64,000 nucleotides of DNA from Heterodontus francisci. Its lineage: Eukaryota. The stretch is taken from NCBI RefSeq assembly GCF_036365525.1, contig NC_090390.1, positions 54,294,153 to 54,358,152 of the forward strand, read 5' to 3'. Under the pieces are notes generated by a model. The model had not been told where the DNA came from. It saw only the letters and a list, made by a program, of their open reading frames with translations, and searched no databases. The position numbers were made by a program, and so were the translations under genes. Below, piece after piece: positions 1 to 14,046 of the stretch (position 1 is the stretch's first letter; every line of letters starts with the position of its first letter).

Positions 1-355
1 TTTAGGAACTGATCTCTAGGAAGCTGAAAGGACAATTGCCAATGGTGGAGCAATTTTAAAATCGGGAATGTGCAGGAGGCCAAATTGGAACAGCACAGAT
101 TTGAGTGTTGTAGGGCTGGAGGAGGTTAGAGAAAGGTGCAGCTATGCAAGGATTTGAAAGCAAGAGTGAGCATTTTTTAATTGTACTGCTGAGCTGGGAG
201 CCAATGTAGATCAGTGAGCACAAGAGTAATGGGTGAATGGGACTTGGTATAAGTTAAGATTCAGACAGCAGAGTTTTGGTTGAACTGAAGTTTATGGAAG
301 GTGGAAAATGGGAGGCCATCCAGGTGAGCACTGGCTTAGTCTAGAGGTAACAGAG
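1..355 (-). mobile_element. Degenerate L2-like LINE 3' fragment
   Basis: Resembles the antisense L2 3' region from recall. No intact ORF. Confidence 0.45.
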
Positions 356-1825
356 ACATGTGCTATGAGACAGGTGAGAAGGGGTCCCTTCTTTTCCCTC
401 CTTGTTTGACAACAGGTTTATTTCTTTAAGTGGATGTACATGCCAATTCACTGTTTAACTGTTCACGGTGTGACGACTGAGGCAGGAGCAAGGCACTATC
501 AATTCTGCCCCATCACTTCACAGGTTGCAGCATATTATTGAAGTTTTCCCACCCAGCTGGAAAATAGCCAAATTAAAGCCTCCAGTAACCCCTAGAATAA
601 AACAGACCAGACCAGGTATTTTTAGACAACACATCAACTATTAAAAACTAAATCTTAAACACTAGTAAGACAAATCTATGTCCAAAGACCTTGTAACTTA
701 TTTTAACCTAACTCTCCCATTTAGACATGACACTCAAAAATCATGGTTAACTTTTTAAAATGTACTAAAAAATTAACTTTAAGAATAAAAACTGGGTTAA
801 TAAGTCTTTGTGGGTTACATTCTTGATGGGTGTGATATCCTAGTGTAAAAAAAATCAAATGCAACTTGAAGTCTCCGTGCGGATTTGATGAACTAGTCCT
901 TTAATAGATAGGCATACAAAACACTTCGACTGCAGCAGGCATCAAACAGTTCTTTCAACGATGAGCACAGCAGTAGGTCTTTTTGAATTTTAAAACTGAC
1001 AGTGTCTCAGTCAAAACTTTACTTCAGTAATACAAATGGTCTCTTCAAAGGGTTTTTTCCTGCTTAAGTAATTAACTCTGCCTGTAGGTCCTTGTAGAAT
1101 TTTTGTTGAGAAATAGCTTTTTCCTTCAGTGGCATGTTTTGCAGGTGAGTCAAAACTGGTTTCAGCTGGTTTTTACAGTTAAATTGTTAAAGTACACCAT
1201 GTGACTTCCTGCTGTGGTCTAGGAGCAGGTGCAGCTGGTACACTGCCTCTGTTTTTTTTAAAGGCACACTGTTTTTAAACCGAGTCTTAAAGGCCCACAC
1301 TGTTGTAATCCGAGGAGAAAATAACTACAGTTCCGCGACACTCCACCCTTGGTGAAATGAAACGCCATTCTAAAAATGTTTCATAACTGCAAAAAAAAAA
1401 AGGAAACTGGGGAAAAACTTTTTCCACATTCATGTACCCATTCGCTCTGCTAATCTTACAGCATTTTATTAGTACTATCACCATCCATGTAACTTAACAT
1501 GGATAATTTTGTGACAAAGCATCGGCGATAACATTGTTTTTCCCCTGAAATAGTTACAATTTTCAAATGATAAGGCTGTATCAACAAACTCCATCTAAAT
1601 ATTCTAGTTTTTACTTCTAACATTTTTCCACGTGAATGGGTTATGGTCAGTGTATATTAATTTTTCTTTTATAGTCTTGGCAGACATATACTTCAAAATG
1701 TTTGAGAGGCAGCAAAAGTCCTAATGTTTCTTTTTTCCACAGTGGAATACATTTTTTTGATGGCAATTTAGTTTTCTTGAAAAGTACCCAACTGGCTTCT
1801 CAGCCCAATTTGTCATCCTGCAATT

Positions 1826-1950
1826 GCTCTAGCCATAGTCATCTCTCCCCAAGCATGGGGCAAGGTGGGCCTCTATGAACTACCACAGCTGGTACAGGGA
1901 TTGAAACTGTGTCTTTCTGCATTTCATGCTAGCCATCTAGCCAACTGAGC
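1826..1950 (-). mobile_element. tRNA-derived SINE remnant interrupting the RNase H region
   Basis: Minus strand reads tagctcagttggctag (A-box-like) and gtttcaatccc (B-box-like). Confidence 0.5.
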
Positions 1951-2455
1951 TAAATTTGGAGCAGCCAACACTGGTTCATTAGTTAAGATTTCCTTTAGCT
2001 TTTCAAAAGCTGCCTGGCATTCATCTGACCATATTACTTTGTTTCTCTTTTTTGTAGCAAATCGGTTAATAGAACAGCCGCAGTACAAAACTTCCGTACA
2101 AATTTCCTGTAAAAAAAAACGCACAACCCTAAAAACCTCATTATTTTCTGTTTGGATTCAGGGATAGGGAACTCCATGAAGGCTTGTACCTTTGCCGCTT
2201 TTGGCAATACCTGTCTTTGCACCACAATGTTACTCTTGCTTTTGTAACTTCGCTTTTTGCCAGATTTATCACAGTCTTGTAGCTTTTTAAACAGAATTTT
2301 TAGCTGGTTTAAGTGTTCTTGCCCAGTGTTACTGTATATTAGTACATCAAGATGCATGACACAGTTGGGAACACTGGCTACCACCTGACATATTAATCTT
2401 TGAAAAGTGGCTGGGGCATTTTTTTTAGCTCGAATGGCATCACCCGGCACTGATT

Positions 2456-2600
2456 AAAAACCAAAATCAAAGCAAAATGCTGCGGATGCTGGAAATCTGA
2501 AATAAAAACAAGAAATGCTGGAACCACTCAACAGGTCTGGCAGCATCTGTGGAAAGAGAATTAGAGTTAACGTTTCGGGTCAGTGACCCTTCTTCGGAAC
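2456..2600 (-). mobile_element. Penelope-like terminal repeat with minimal hammerhead motif (2564-2600)
   Basis: Reverse complement gtt-CCGAAGA-a-gggtc-act-gaccc-GAAA-cgtt-aactc. Same unit recurs at least 8 times. Confidence 0.75.
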
Positions 2601-3619
2601 CCTAGCCATTCTGTATTTGCCAATCTGATAGTTGGAGGTTCAGCTGAGAACTATTTAGGCCTCTTCCTCTCTCATCCTCACTATATCCTTTTCCTTCTGA
2701 ACAATCCCGATTACCTGTTGTACCTGTATTGGCTTATCCTCCTCCCTGTGATAATATTGCTTGAACATATTGATGTGACACAACTGGTTCTTCTGGCGAT
2801 CAGGGGTGTCAATCAACTAATCTACCTTACCCACTCTTTTTTGATCATTTTATATAGGCCACTGAACTGTGATTTTAATGGTTTACCCTGTAATGGTAGC
2901 AATACCGATATTTGATCCCCGGTTGAAAATTATGGGTTTTTGCATTCTTGTCTGCCCATTTTTTCATATTGGCTTGGGATGCTTTAAGGTGTTCATGAGC
3001 CTTTCCTGGAACACAGATACAAAGTCCAGTATCGCAGTTCCATTCTTTTGTTCCAAGAATCTTTTTTGAGTTTTAGAGGACCTCTTACTTCATGTTCGTA
3101 AACCAGTTGAAAGGACTGAAGCCTGTAGACTTATTAAGTGAGTCTCTAGGGGTAAATAAGAAAATCTAGTCCTTTATCCCAGTCATGCAGATATTCGTGA
3201 CAGTATGTTCTCAAAACAATGATTAGAGTTTGGTGGTATCTCTCTAAAGCTCTCTGTGATTGTGGGTAATATGTTGAAGATTTCAACTGTCTGATACCCA
3301 AATTACCCATGACTTCTTGAAATACCTTAGACATGAAATTAGAACCTTGATCTGATTTGAACGTCAAGTGGCAAACCATATCTCATAACAAATTGGGTTC
3401 ACTTTTCTACTATTTTAGCAGTAATTGTCCTCAAAGGAATGGCCTTTGGAAATCGAGTAGCCATATCCATGACAGTAAGTATGTATTGTCCCGCTTTTGT
3501 TTTTGGCAAGGGTCCGACACCATCTACCAATACCCTGCTAAATGGTTCCTCAATCACCTGGTATGGGAACTAGTGGTGCTGGTTTTATGGTAGGTTGCAG
3601 TTTTCCCACCATTTGTACG

Positions 3620-5452
3620 AAAAATGAGGCTGAAGCATTTGCAACAATCATCAGCTAGAAGTGCCGAGGTCCTGATTCATCTGTGCCTCCTCTTGAAGTC
3701 CCCACCATCACATGCCAGACTTCAGCCAATTCAATTCACTCCGTGTGATATCACGAAACGACTGAAGCCACTGGATAGTGCAAAGGCTCTGGGCCATGAC
3801 AATATTCCAGCAATAGTACTGAAGACCTGTGCTCCGGAACTGGCCGCGCCCCTAGCCAAGCTGGTCCCAGTACAGCTACACCACTGGCATCCACCCGGCA
3901 ATGTGGAAAATTGCCCAGGTATGTGCTGTACACAAAGAGCAGGACAAGTCCAACCAGGCCAATTACTGCCGCATCAGCCTACTCTCAATCATCAGTAAAG
4001 TGGTGGAAGGGGTTGTCAACAGTGCCCTCAAGCGGCACTTGCTTGGCAATAACCTGCTCAGTTTGGGTTCCGCCAGGGCCACTCAGCTCCTGATCTCATT
4101 ACAGCCTTGGTTCAAACATGGACAAAAGAGATAAACTCATGAGGTGAGAGTGACTGCTCTTGACATCAAGGCAGCATTTGACAGAGTATGGCATCAAGGA
4201 GCCCTAGTAAAACTGAGGTCAATGGGAAATGGGGGGAAACCCTCCGCTGGTTGGAGTCATACATAGCACAAAGGAAGATGGTTGTGGTTGTTGGAGGTCA
4301 ATCATCTGAGCTCCAGGACATCACTGCAGAAATTCCTCAGGGTAGTGTCCGAGGCCCATCCATCTTCAGCTGCTTCATCAATGACCTTTCTTGAATCATT
4401 AAGTCAGAAGTGGGGATGCTCGCTGATTGCACAATGTTCAGCACCATGTGTGACTCCTCAGATACTGAAGCAGTCTGTGTAGAAATGCAGCAGGACTTGG
4501 ACAACATCCAGGCTTGGCTGATAAGTGGCAAGTACCATTTGCGCCACGCAAGTTCCAGGCAATAACCATCTCCCCATGACATTCAATGGCATTACCATCG
4601 CTGAATTCCCCCACTATCAACATCCTAGGGGCTACCATTGACCGGAAAGTGAACTGAAGTAGCCATATAAATGGGTACTATCTGTGTGGAGTTTGCAAGT
4701 TCTCCCTGTGACCACGTGGGTTTCTGCCGGGTGCTCCGGTTTCCTCCCACAGTCGAAGATTTGCAGGTTGATAGGTAAATTGGCCATGGTAAATTGCCCT
4801 AGTGTAGGTAGGTGGTTGGAGAATTTGGGGTTAATGTAGAATTAGTATAAATGGGTGGTTGTTGGTCTGCACAGACTTGGTGGGCCGAAGGGCCTGTTTC
4901 AGTGCTGTATCTATACATACACACCACCCCACCCCACGCACACCGCACCCTCCTGACTCCCCAAAGCCTGTGCATCATCTAGAAGGCACAAGTCAGGAGT
5001 ATGATGGAATACTCTCCCCTTGCCTGGATGGGTGCAGATCCAACAACACTCAAGAAACTTGACGCCATCCAGGACAAAGCAGCCCGCTTGATTTGTACCC
5101 CATGTATGTACCATCTACACGATGCAATGCACCAAGGCTCCTTAGATAGCACCTTTCAAACCCACGATCTCGACCAAGTAGAAGGGCAAGGGCAGCAAAT
5201 GCATGGGAACACCACCACCTGCAAGTTCCCCTCCAAGTCACACACCATCCTGACTTGGAACTATATTGCCGTTCCTTCACTGTCGCCGGGTCAAAATCCT
5301 GGAACTCCCTTCCTAATAGCACTGTGGGTGTACCTACCCCACATGGACTGCAGCAGCTCAAGAAGGCAGCTTGCCACCACCTTCTCAAGGGCAATTAGGG
5401 ATGGGCAATAAATGCTGGCCTATCCAGTGACACCCACACCCATGAATGAACA
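3620..5452 (+). mobile_element. CR1-group LINE, family B (RT fragments WKIAQVC, PQGSV, MEYSPLAW; 3' tail gggcaattagggatgggcaataaatgctggcc)
   Basis: Frameshifted RT ORFs 3624-5411 and a recurrent 3' end. Confidence 0.9.
4672..4914 (+). mobile_element. 5'-truncated HE1-like V-SINE inside the LINE
   Basis: Matches the body and tail of the SINE copies at 33318 and 43401. Confidence 0.85.
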
Positions 5453-5799
5453 GCACTAGTTTCAGCCCGTTTTTACACACAGATTGTTACAGTACACCAT
5501 GTGACCCCTCTCTCCTGCTGTGACCATGGAGCAGGTGCAGCTGGCACACTGCCTTGTAGATGTTTTAAAGGCACACTTTTTAAAGTTAAAGGCACACACT
5601 GTTTTAATCTGAGGAGAAAATAACTACACTTCTGTAACAACATGCTGTGATCATAGCCAATCGAACAGGTTTTCTTGAGTTTAACAAAGAGTTTAGCTTT
5701 ATTATACTAAAAATCATCTAATTAAAAATAAAATACGCTGCAACTCTCCTCTCTCTCCCCCTCCCCCCCTCTCTCTCTTCCCCCCCCCCCCCCCCCCAA

Positions 5800-6850
5800 A
5801 CCTGTCAATGCCCCTCATAATTTTGTAAACCTCAATCATGTCCCCCCTCAGCCTTCTCTGCTCTAAGAAAAACAATCCTTGCCTTCATAGCTGAAATGCT
5901 CCAGCCCAGGCAACATCCTGGTGAATCTCCTCTGCACCCTCTCCAGTGCAATCACATCCTTCCTATAGGGTGGTGCCCAGAACTGTACACAGTACTCCAG
6001 CTGTGGCCTAACTAGTGTTTTAGAGAGCTCCATCATAACCTCCCTGCTCTTATATTCTATGCCTCGTCTAATAAAGGCAAGTATCCCATGTGCCTTCATA
6101 ACTACCTGTGCTGTTGCCTTCAGTGATCTATGGACAAGTACACCAAGGTACTTCCTAGGGTCCAACCATCTATTGTATATTTCCTTGCCTCGTTAGTCCT
6201 CCCAAAATGCATCATCTCACACTTCTCAGGATTAAATTCCATTTGCCGCTGTTCCGCCCATCTTCCCAGCCCATCTCTATCATCCTGTAATCTAAGGCTT
6301 TCCTCTTCACTATTTACGACACCACCAATTTTCGTGTCATTTGTGAACTTACTGATCATACCTCCTATATCCACGTCTTAATCATTACTGTACTCTACAA
6401 ACAGCAAGGGTCCCAGCACCGATCGCTGTGGTACACCACTGGTCACATGCTTCCACTCACAAAAACAAACCTTGACCATTACTCTCTGCCTCTTGCCACT
6501 AAGCCAATTTTGGATCCAATTTGCCAAATTGCCCTGGATCCCATGGGCTCTTACCTTCTTAACCAATCGCCCATGTGGGACCGTATCAAAAGCCTTACCA
6601 AAGTCCATGTAGACAACATCAACTGTTTTACCCTCATCACATCTAGTCACCACCTCGAAAAATTCAATCAAGTTTGTTGGACACGATCTCTGCCAGACAA
6701 AGCCATGCTGACTATCCCTGATTAATCCCTGCCTCTCCAAGTGGAGATTAATCCTGTCCCTCAGAATTTTTCCCAGTAGTTTTCCAACCACTTATGTTAG
6801 ACTCACCGGCCTGTAATTACCTGGTTTATCCCTGCTACCCTTCTTGAAAT
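5800..6850 (-). mobile_element. CR1 LINE (HER1-like) RT fragment
   Basis: ORFs with DFGKAFD, PQRSVLGP, RPQLEYCVQFW. Confidence 0.9.
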
Positions 6851-7399
6851 ATAAGAGTTATGCAGTCTGTGGAGATTGGTGACTTGGCTGCTAGCTTTGG
6901 GCTGAATTCAGTGCTCGTGCAACTTTCCTTTGGTCCTGAGATTTCCAGTTTGAAGATGCGAATGGCTGATTCGGGGATACTCTGGGAAGCAGCAATGTGG
7001 CTGAATTCCTTCAAGGGAGTCTCTTTTTTCCAGATCCTTTTCAAAATTCTCTAGCTCCACCTTCAGGCTTAAGTAATTAAGCAGTGAACATCAATTGGTA
7101 AACAGATTAACGCCATCATCCAACACGGTGGGGCGGCGTAAAATTCAGCCTATTGTGTCTTTTCCTGTCCTCAGTACCCTTTCAGCCTTTTCTCAATGTG
7201 CACTGTTTTTAGCTTCAGGTAGGCAACTCACCATGCTCTCGTAGTTATTCTTAGAAACACGTAAGGCCATCCACTTTCCTGATCAGAGGGCCCATATAAT
7301 CAGTCTTCCTCTGCCTTACTGTTTGCAGCTTTTTCAGAGTTTCTAACAATTTATTTTCCTTTGATCTGGTTTCCTTCTGAAGTATTAGTGCATCTTGTA

Positions 7400-7530
7400 T
7401 CAAAAGCAAAATACTGCAGATGTTGAAAATTTGAAATAAAGGCAGAAAATGCTGGTAATACTCAACAGCTCTGGCAGGATCTGTGGAGAGAGAAAGAATT
7501 AACGTTTCAGGTCTGTGACCCTTCATCTTA
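7400..7530 (-). mobile_element. Penelope-like terminal repeat, degenerate hammerhead
   Basis: Same unit as 2456-2600. Confidence 0.7.
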
Positions 7531-7597
7531 TCTGCAATTTATCTGTTCATCATTATTATAATCTGTAGTTGCACAGACTCCATACCATTTTTTCTAT

Positions 7598-8484
7598 TGT
7601 CATGCAGACCCCACGTGCCAAGAATGAGTCTAATTAATTTTTTCATATGAACGTTGATTTTAAACTGTTGCTGGAGTGAAGAAGTTACTTGTTTGAAGAT
7701 CACCAGACACTGGGCTGGAAGGACATTTGCATACTAAAAGACGCAGCTTGAGGAGACAAAGGGCTATTCCCTGCTCCAATTAACCCAAATGGATTTTGAT
7801 CACCAGACATTGAAGGGGTAAGGAAGCACATTCCAGGCCCTGCTAAAATGATACAATCCACAGAGCCAGAACTGGTTAAACCAGCTGGTCACATGACTAA
7901 CTGGCTGGTCCAGGTTTTTTGAACTAGCCACAGGACAGGTTGAATTCAGAAGCAGTGTGCAACTGAAGCTGAAACAAGCAAGACGCGCCGATCTGCCCCT
8001 CTCCCTCTCCCTCTCTCACTTTCTCCCAAGCCACCGGACCCACGGAAGACACGTGAACCTTGAGAGAAAAGACTCCTACATCAGAACAAGTTGAAGCGTG
8101 AACTGGGCCCCAACGAATTGCAAGACTTACTGGCAATTAAAGACTCCACATTGAACTTAAAGGACTGTAACTAACAGTTATTGCCTCAAACTTTTCCCCT
8201 TTATTCCTTCTACTTTTTCTGTGTTTATCGTTTATGCGTGCTAGCGTGGTCGTGTCATTTGTAATTGTTAACCAGATTAGAGTTTAAGATTAATAAACTT
8301 CTACCTTTTCTTGTTTAAATCTAAGGAAACCTGTTTGATTTCTTTGCCTTACAATTGGAGCAGTGAACAAGGATTCACTGTGGGGGAGCTAAAAACACGA
8401 TGTTTTAAAATTAAACCCTGTTACGGTTAAACCAGGCAAAGGCTGAGAGGGAACCTCTAGTACCCTTTTCACCTGGTTGTAAAA
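7598..8484 (+). mobile_element. Solo LTR (tgtcatg...ctggttgtaa family), 4-bp TSD CTAT
   Basis: TG start, internal AATAAA, CTAT at 7594-7597 and 8485-8488. Confidence 0.88.
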
Positions 8485-8719
8485 CTATTGTTGCCAAGTT
8501 AATACATTCAGTAACCTCCCTTTCATTGGTTTCCCTCAGCACTTATTTTTTCTTGGCAACCTTTAAATGGATGTAACAAACTCTAGCTCCAGTCTTCAAT
8601 GACTTGATCTCAAGATTAATTTCATTAATTTATAATGAGTCATTTATGGAGTCTCAAAATAATTCTCATTCTTAATGATCCCTTCATTTTTTTGCCTTAG
8701 CTGTTAAGTTCATGTATCA

Positions 8720-11700
8720 TCTAGGAACAGGAGTAAGCTATTTAGCTGCTTGAGACTGTTCTGCCATTCAATGAGATCATGGCTGATCTGTCTAACTCCG
8801 TATACCTGCCTTTTCCCTTAATACCCCTGGCTAACAGAAATCTATCAATCTTGGATTTAAAATTAACCCAACAGCATCAAGTTCCAAACTTCTACCACCC
8901 TTTGTGTGCAGAAATGTTTACTAAATTCACTCCTGAACGATCAGGCTCTAATTATCAGACTATGTTCCCTAGTTCTGGTCTCCCCAACTAGCAGAAATAA
9001 TTCCCCTCTATCTACACTATCCATTCCCCTTAATGTCTTAAACTTAGATCAAACCACACCTTAACCGTCTAAATTCCAGGGAATACAATCCTAGTTTGTG
9101 TAATCATTCCTTGTAATTTATTCCTTGGAATCTAAGTATTGTTCTAGTAAGTATGCACTCTACTGCCTCCAAGGCCAGTATATTTGCCTAAAGTTTGGTG
9201 CCCAGAACTGAACACAGTACTCCAGGTGTGTCTAACCAGGACTTTGAATAGCTGTAGCATGACTTCTATCTCCTTGCTTTTTAGTCCTCTAGATATAAAG
9301 GCCAGCATTCCATTTGCCTTTTTGATTATTGTCTGTACCAGCTCATGACATTTTAATTGCAGGTGCTGGTGGTATTCCTGTGTGTCTGCTGCCCTTGTCC
9401 ATCTAGGTGGTAGAGGTTGCGGGTTTGCAAAGTGCTGTAGAAGGAGCCTTGGTGAGTTGCTGCAGTGCATCTTGTACATGCTACACAATGTTGTCACTGT
9501 GGTGGTGGCAGAGGGAGTAAATATTTAAGGTGGTGGATGGGATGCTGATCAAGCAGACAGCTTTGACCTGGATGGTGTCGATCTTTTTGAGTGTTGTTGG
9601 AGCTGCGCTCATCCAGGCAAGTGGAGAGTATTCCATCAGACTCCTGACTTTTGCCTTGTAGGTGGACAGTCTTTGCAAAGTGTGGAGGTGACTTACTTGA
9701 TGCAGAATTCCCAGCCTCTGACATGCTCTTGTAGCCACAGTATTTATATGGCTTGTCCAGTTAAGTTTCTGGTCAATGGTAACCCCAAGGATGCTGATTC
9801 AGTGATGGTAATGCCATTGAACGTCAAGGGGAGATGGTCATTGCCAGGAACTTGTGCAGTGCGAATGTCACTTGCCACTTATCAGCTTGAGCCTGAATCT
9901 TCTCTAGGTCTTGCTGCATGTGGGCATGGACTGCTTCATTATCTGAGGAGTCTCAAATTGTATTGAACGATGCAATCATCAGAAAACATCTCCACTTCTG
10001 ACCTTATGATGGTCATTGAAGCAGCTGAAAATTGTTGGACCTGGGACACGACGCCGAGGAACTCCTACAGTTGTCTGTCCACTCAGTTAAGTAGTTAATA
10101 TAGTCAATAGTTGAGGCCCCAACAGAGATCCTTGTGGAATGCCATTAGTTCCAATCTGCTAGTTAAAGTACCTGCACATTATCCCTACTGTCTGTCTCCT
10201 GCTGCTCAGCCAATCTCCTAACCAGGTCAATACTTTGACGTCCATTCCACGAGCTTCAACTTAAGCTAACCATCTCTTATGAGGAACTTTATCAATGCCT
10301 TCATATAAATAACATTCATGGACATTCCCCTGTCTACTACTTTTATCACCTCTTCAAAAAATGCAATCATATTTGTTAGGAATGGCTTACCCTTTACAAA
10401 TCAATGTTGGCTCTCTAATCAGCTGAAAAGTTTCATGGTATTCAGTCCCTCTATGTTTAATTATGGACTGTAATAAATTTCCTAAGAGCAGCGGTTAGGC
10501 TAATTGGTCTATAATTCCCTGGTTTCCCCCTCTCCCAGAAAGGAGTGATGTGCAATTTTCCAAACCGAAGTAATGGTTCCGAAATCAAGAAAGCTTGGGA
10601 GATCATAATTAGGGCATCTACAATGTTCTCACCCACTTTAAAATCCTGGGATGGAAACCATCTGGTCCGAAGGATTTGTTAATCTTTAGTGCCATTTTTG
10701 TTCCTTCATTACTGTTATTTTGCTTATATTAATTATAGTAAGTCCCTGTCACTGATTCAATAGTAGTTTCCTTGGGATGAGTGGCATGTTATCTCTGTCT
10801 ACTGTAAATACTGACAGTCATTTAACATGCCACCACTTATTTTCATTTATAATATCACCATTATCCATTTTAAGGGGCCCTCATTTCTCTTAAATACCCT
10901 CTTTTTCTTATTTAAAAAATTTGGTTAACTTGATTTTCCTTACAAGTTCCTTTTCATATTCCCATTTTTTTGTACTTACTATCTGTTTTATCACCCATTG
11001 CTGTTCATTGTATATCTCCAGTTTTCCAGGATCAGAATCATTTTTTTCATTCCTGTATGTTTTTTCTTTGTTTTATGTTGTCTCTTACCTCTTTAATTGT
11101 GGTGTTTTTTTTGGCAAGTACAGCTGTTGCCTTTAGTATAAACTGGTTCCCTATTGAGTTGAATTATTTTTTGAACATATCCCACTGATCTTCTGTCATT
11201 GTACCCAATAACAGATTTGTCCAGTTTACTGTAGACAGTCTCGGTCTCATCCCATTTAGGTTGGCCTTATCTCAATCTAAAGCCTTAGCTGTTTTGCTTT
11301 CAAACACAACATTGAACTCGTCATTTTATGATTGCTCAAATAAAGCATAACCTCTAACATGAATTGGTTGGACTGAATGGCCTGTTTCTGTACTGTATAT
11401 TGTCTGTAAATATTCATGTACTATTAGGTTGTTAACTAAATCTGGCTCATCACGCATTATTAAATCTAATATGGCCTGTCCTTTTGTTGGTTCTCAGGCA
11501 TATTGTGTATTTAAAACAGTTTTCTGCAACAAGAAATTCACTAGCTTTCTGACATGTGTTCATCTGCTGATCCCAATCTATGGAAGTTAGACCACTCTTT
11601 TCCCCCTCCCCCCACTATAAACATTCTGCCATTGCTACATGCTTGTCTAATCTCTGCATTATTGCAATCCATTTGCCGCAGTTTTTCCCATTCACTTAAT

Positions 11701-11880
11701 CTTTCCATACCTCTAATTTTATGCTTCCAAAACCACCTATCTTTGTGCTGTTGCCAAACTTAGAGATGTGGCTTTTTATCCCATTATCCAAGTTGTCAAT
11801 AAACACAGTGACTAGTTAAGGTCCCAACATAGATCCCTGTGGGTGCCAATTGGTGTACCTACCCATTATCACTACTTCTG
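8720..11880 (-). mobile_element. Degenerate CR1 LINE (3' end to endonuclease) interrupted by family-B LINE
   Basis: CR1 3' terminus at ~8720. RT and EN remnants on the minus strand. Confidence 0.75.
9358..10070 (-). mobile_element. Family-B LINE fragment
   Basis: MEYSPLAW ORF 9481-9738. Confidence 0.85.
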
Positions 11881-11892
11881 TTATAATCCGTT

Positions 11893-12750
11893 TGTTATGA
11901 CCAGGTGAGAAAGGTGTCTAGGGGTCCCTCTTAGCTTTCACCTGCTCTTACAGTAACAGGGTTTTGTTTTTAAACAGTGTTTTTAGCTCCCCCTTGTTCA
12001 CCGCTTTTCAATTATAAGGCAAAGAAACCAGCACAAGCAGGTTTTCTTAAGTTTAAAGATGAAAAGTTGAAATGTATTAAACTTGAACTTAAACTCTAAT
12101 TTGGTTGACGCCTATGGATACACGACACACACATGCAAATAGAGACGGAAAAGAGCAAAAGAAAAATAAAGTGGAAAAGTTTGAGGCAATATCTGAAGTT
12201 TTTGTTATGGTTCTTTGAGCTCACTGTAGAGTCCTTGATTGTAGGTAGATCTTGCTTTTTGTTGGGGCCCAGTATTCTTCTTAAACCTTGTTCACTGTAG
12301 GAAACTTTTCTCTCTTGGGGTTGATGTGATTCAGAGGCTTGTGAGAAAGAGATCGGAGCAGACAGGAGAGATCTCAGTCCAGGAGCAATCTGTCTTTCTC
12401 AGTTCAAACTCTCTTGGCTAGTTCAAAAAAAACTGGAACAGCTAGTCAGTCAAGTGACCAGCTGGTCCAACCAGTCCTGGCCCCCGTGGATTGTATCACC
12501 CCAGCACACCCTGGAATGTGCTTCCCCACCCCCTCACTGTCTGGTGATCCACATCCATTATGGGTTGAATGTGTCAGGGAATGGTCCTTTGTCTGTACAA
12601 GCACCATCTGTTAATATGCAAATGTTTTTTTTCCAGCCACAGCTGATATGTTCAACAAGTTGTTTCCTTGCCTCAGCAACAGTTCAAAATCAATGTTCAT
12701 ATGACAAAACCAATGGGCCTCATTCTTGGCAGGTGCGGGCCTGCATGACA
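11893..12750 (-). mobile_element. Solo LTR, same family; flanks ccgtt/ccctt
   Basis: tgttatga...gcatgaca termini, reverse complement of the 7598 copy. Confidence 0.85.
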
Positions 12751-12819
12751 CCCTTCCTTACGGTCTTTTATAATTAGGGTTTTTTTTGCATCCTTGCCTA
12801 AAAGCCTCCTGCCATTGGG

Positions 12820-14046
12820 TTTGTATAGGGTGCTCCACAGGATGCATTACATGATTTTAGCGGTTAAAGAAAATGATTAGGTAAGGTGCCACATAGGCTG
12901 GTTAACAAAATTTGAGGCTCCTGAAATAGGAGGGTCAGTGTCCAATTGGATAAAAAATTGGCTTAAGGACAGAAAACAGCAAGTCCTAGTAAAAGGTTGC
13001 TTTTCAGACTGGAGGATGATAGACAGTGGCGATCCCCTAGGGTCAGTGCTGGGACCACTGTTTTTTTTTGCTTTATATAAATGACTTGGATCTTGGAATA
13101 CAGAGTAGAATCTCAAAATTTGCTGACGACACCAAACTTGTAGGTGTAGCAATCAGTGACAATGATGTGAACTGACTGCAACAGGACATAGATAGGCTAG
13201 CAGAATGGGTGGACAGGTGGCAGATAGAATTTAATACTGACAAGTGTGAGGTGATGCATTTTGGCAGAAGGAATAGGGAGAGGCAATATATACTTAATGG
13301 CACAGTTCTAAAGAGTGTACAGGGCCAGAGGGACCTGGGGGGGGGTGGGTGGGGGGAGATGAATGTGCATCGATCTTTGAAGGTGGTAGGACATATTGAG
13401 AGAGTGGTTAGTAAAGCAAATGGGATCTTGGGCTTCATAAATAGATGCATTGAAAGCAAAAGCAGGGAAGTTATGCTGAACCTTTATAAAGCTCTGGTTA
13501 GGCCCCAACTGAAGTTTGCATCCAGTTCTGGTCACCACACTTTAGGAAGAATGTGAGGATCCTTGAGAGGTTGCAGAGGAGATTTACCATAATGGTTCCA
13601 GGGATTGGGTTTAGATATAAGGTTAGGTTGGAAAAGCTGGATTTGTTCTCATTGGAGCAATGGAGATTGAGGGGAGATTTAATAGAATGTACAAGATTAT
13701 GACAGGTTTGGGTAAGTTAGACAAGGAAAATCTAATCCCATTAACTAAAGGTACAAGGACTGGGGGGCACAAATTGAAGGATTTGGGCAAGAGATGAAGC
13801 GGGAATATGAGGAAACACTTTTTTTTTAATGCAGCAGGTGGTAATGACCTGGAACTCACTGCCCACAAGGGTGGTGGAAGCGGAGACAATCAATGACTTC
13901 AAGAGGAAGTTGGTTGGTCACTTGAGGGAAATCGATTGTCAGGGCTATGGGGATCTAGTGAAGGAGTGGGACTGGCTGGATAGCTCTGTGGAGAGCCGAC
14001 ATGGACTGAATGGCTTCCTTGTGTGCCATAAATGACTCTGATTATG
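12820..14046 (+). mobile_element. CR1 LINE 3' half
   Basis: GSVLGP, FADD, WQIEFNTDKCEVMHFG, typical 3' tail. Confidence 0.9.

Larger units (their letters stand above)
469..5639 (-). mobile_element. Decayed Gypsy LTR retrotransposon with Gmr1-type pol order (IN-RT-RNase H). 3' LTR 469-1340, 5' LTR remnant ~5455-5639
   Basis: On the minus strand: integrase core (SDQGSNF...ERYHQTL, ~3620-3146), integrase C-terminus (~3000-2740), RT (KNAPATFQRL, 2450-2034), RNase H ending NVIADALS (~1520), purine tract AAGGGTGGAG next to the LTR TG. Direct repeat ~1180-1340 / ~5480-5639. Confidence 0.85.
361..5745 (-). mobile_element. Outer LTR (tgctatga...caggtgagaagggg family) split by the nested element at 469-5639
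   Basis: Start matches the minus-oriented solo LTRs at 11893/22583/42858. LTR-type sequence (caggttttctt...gtttaa) resumes after 5639. Confidence 0.6.
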
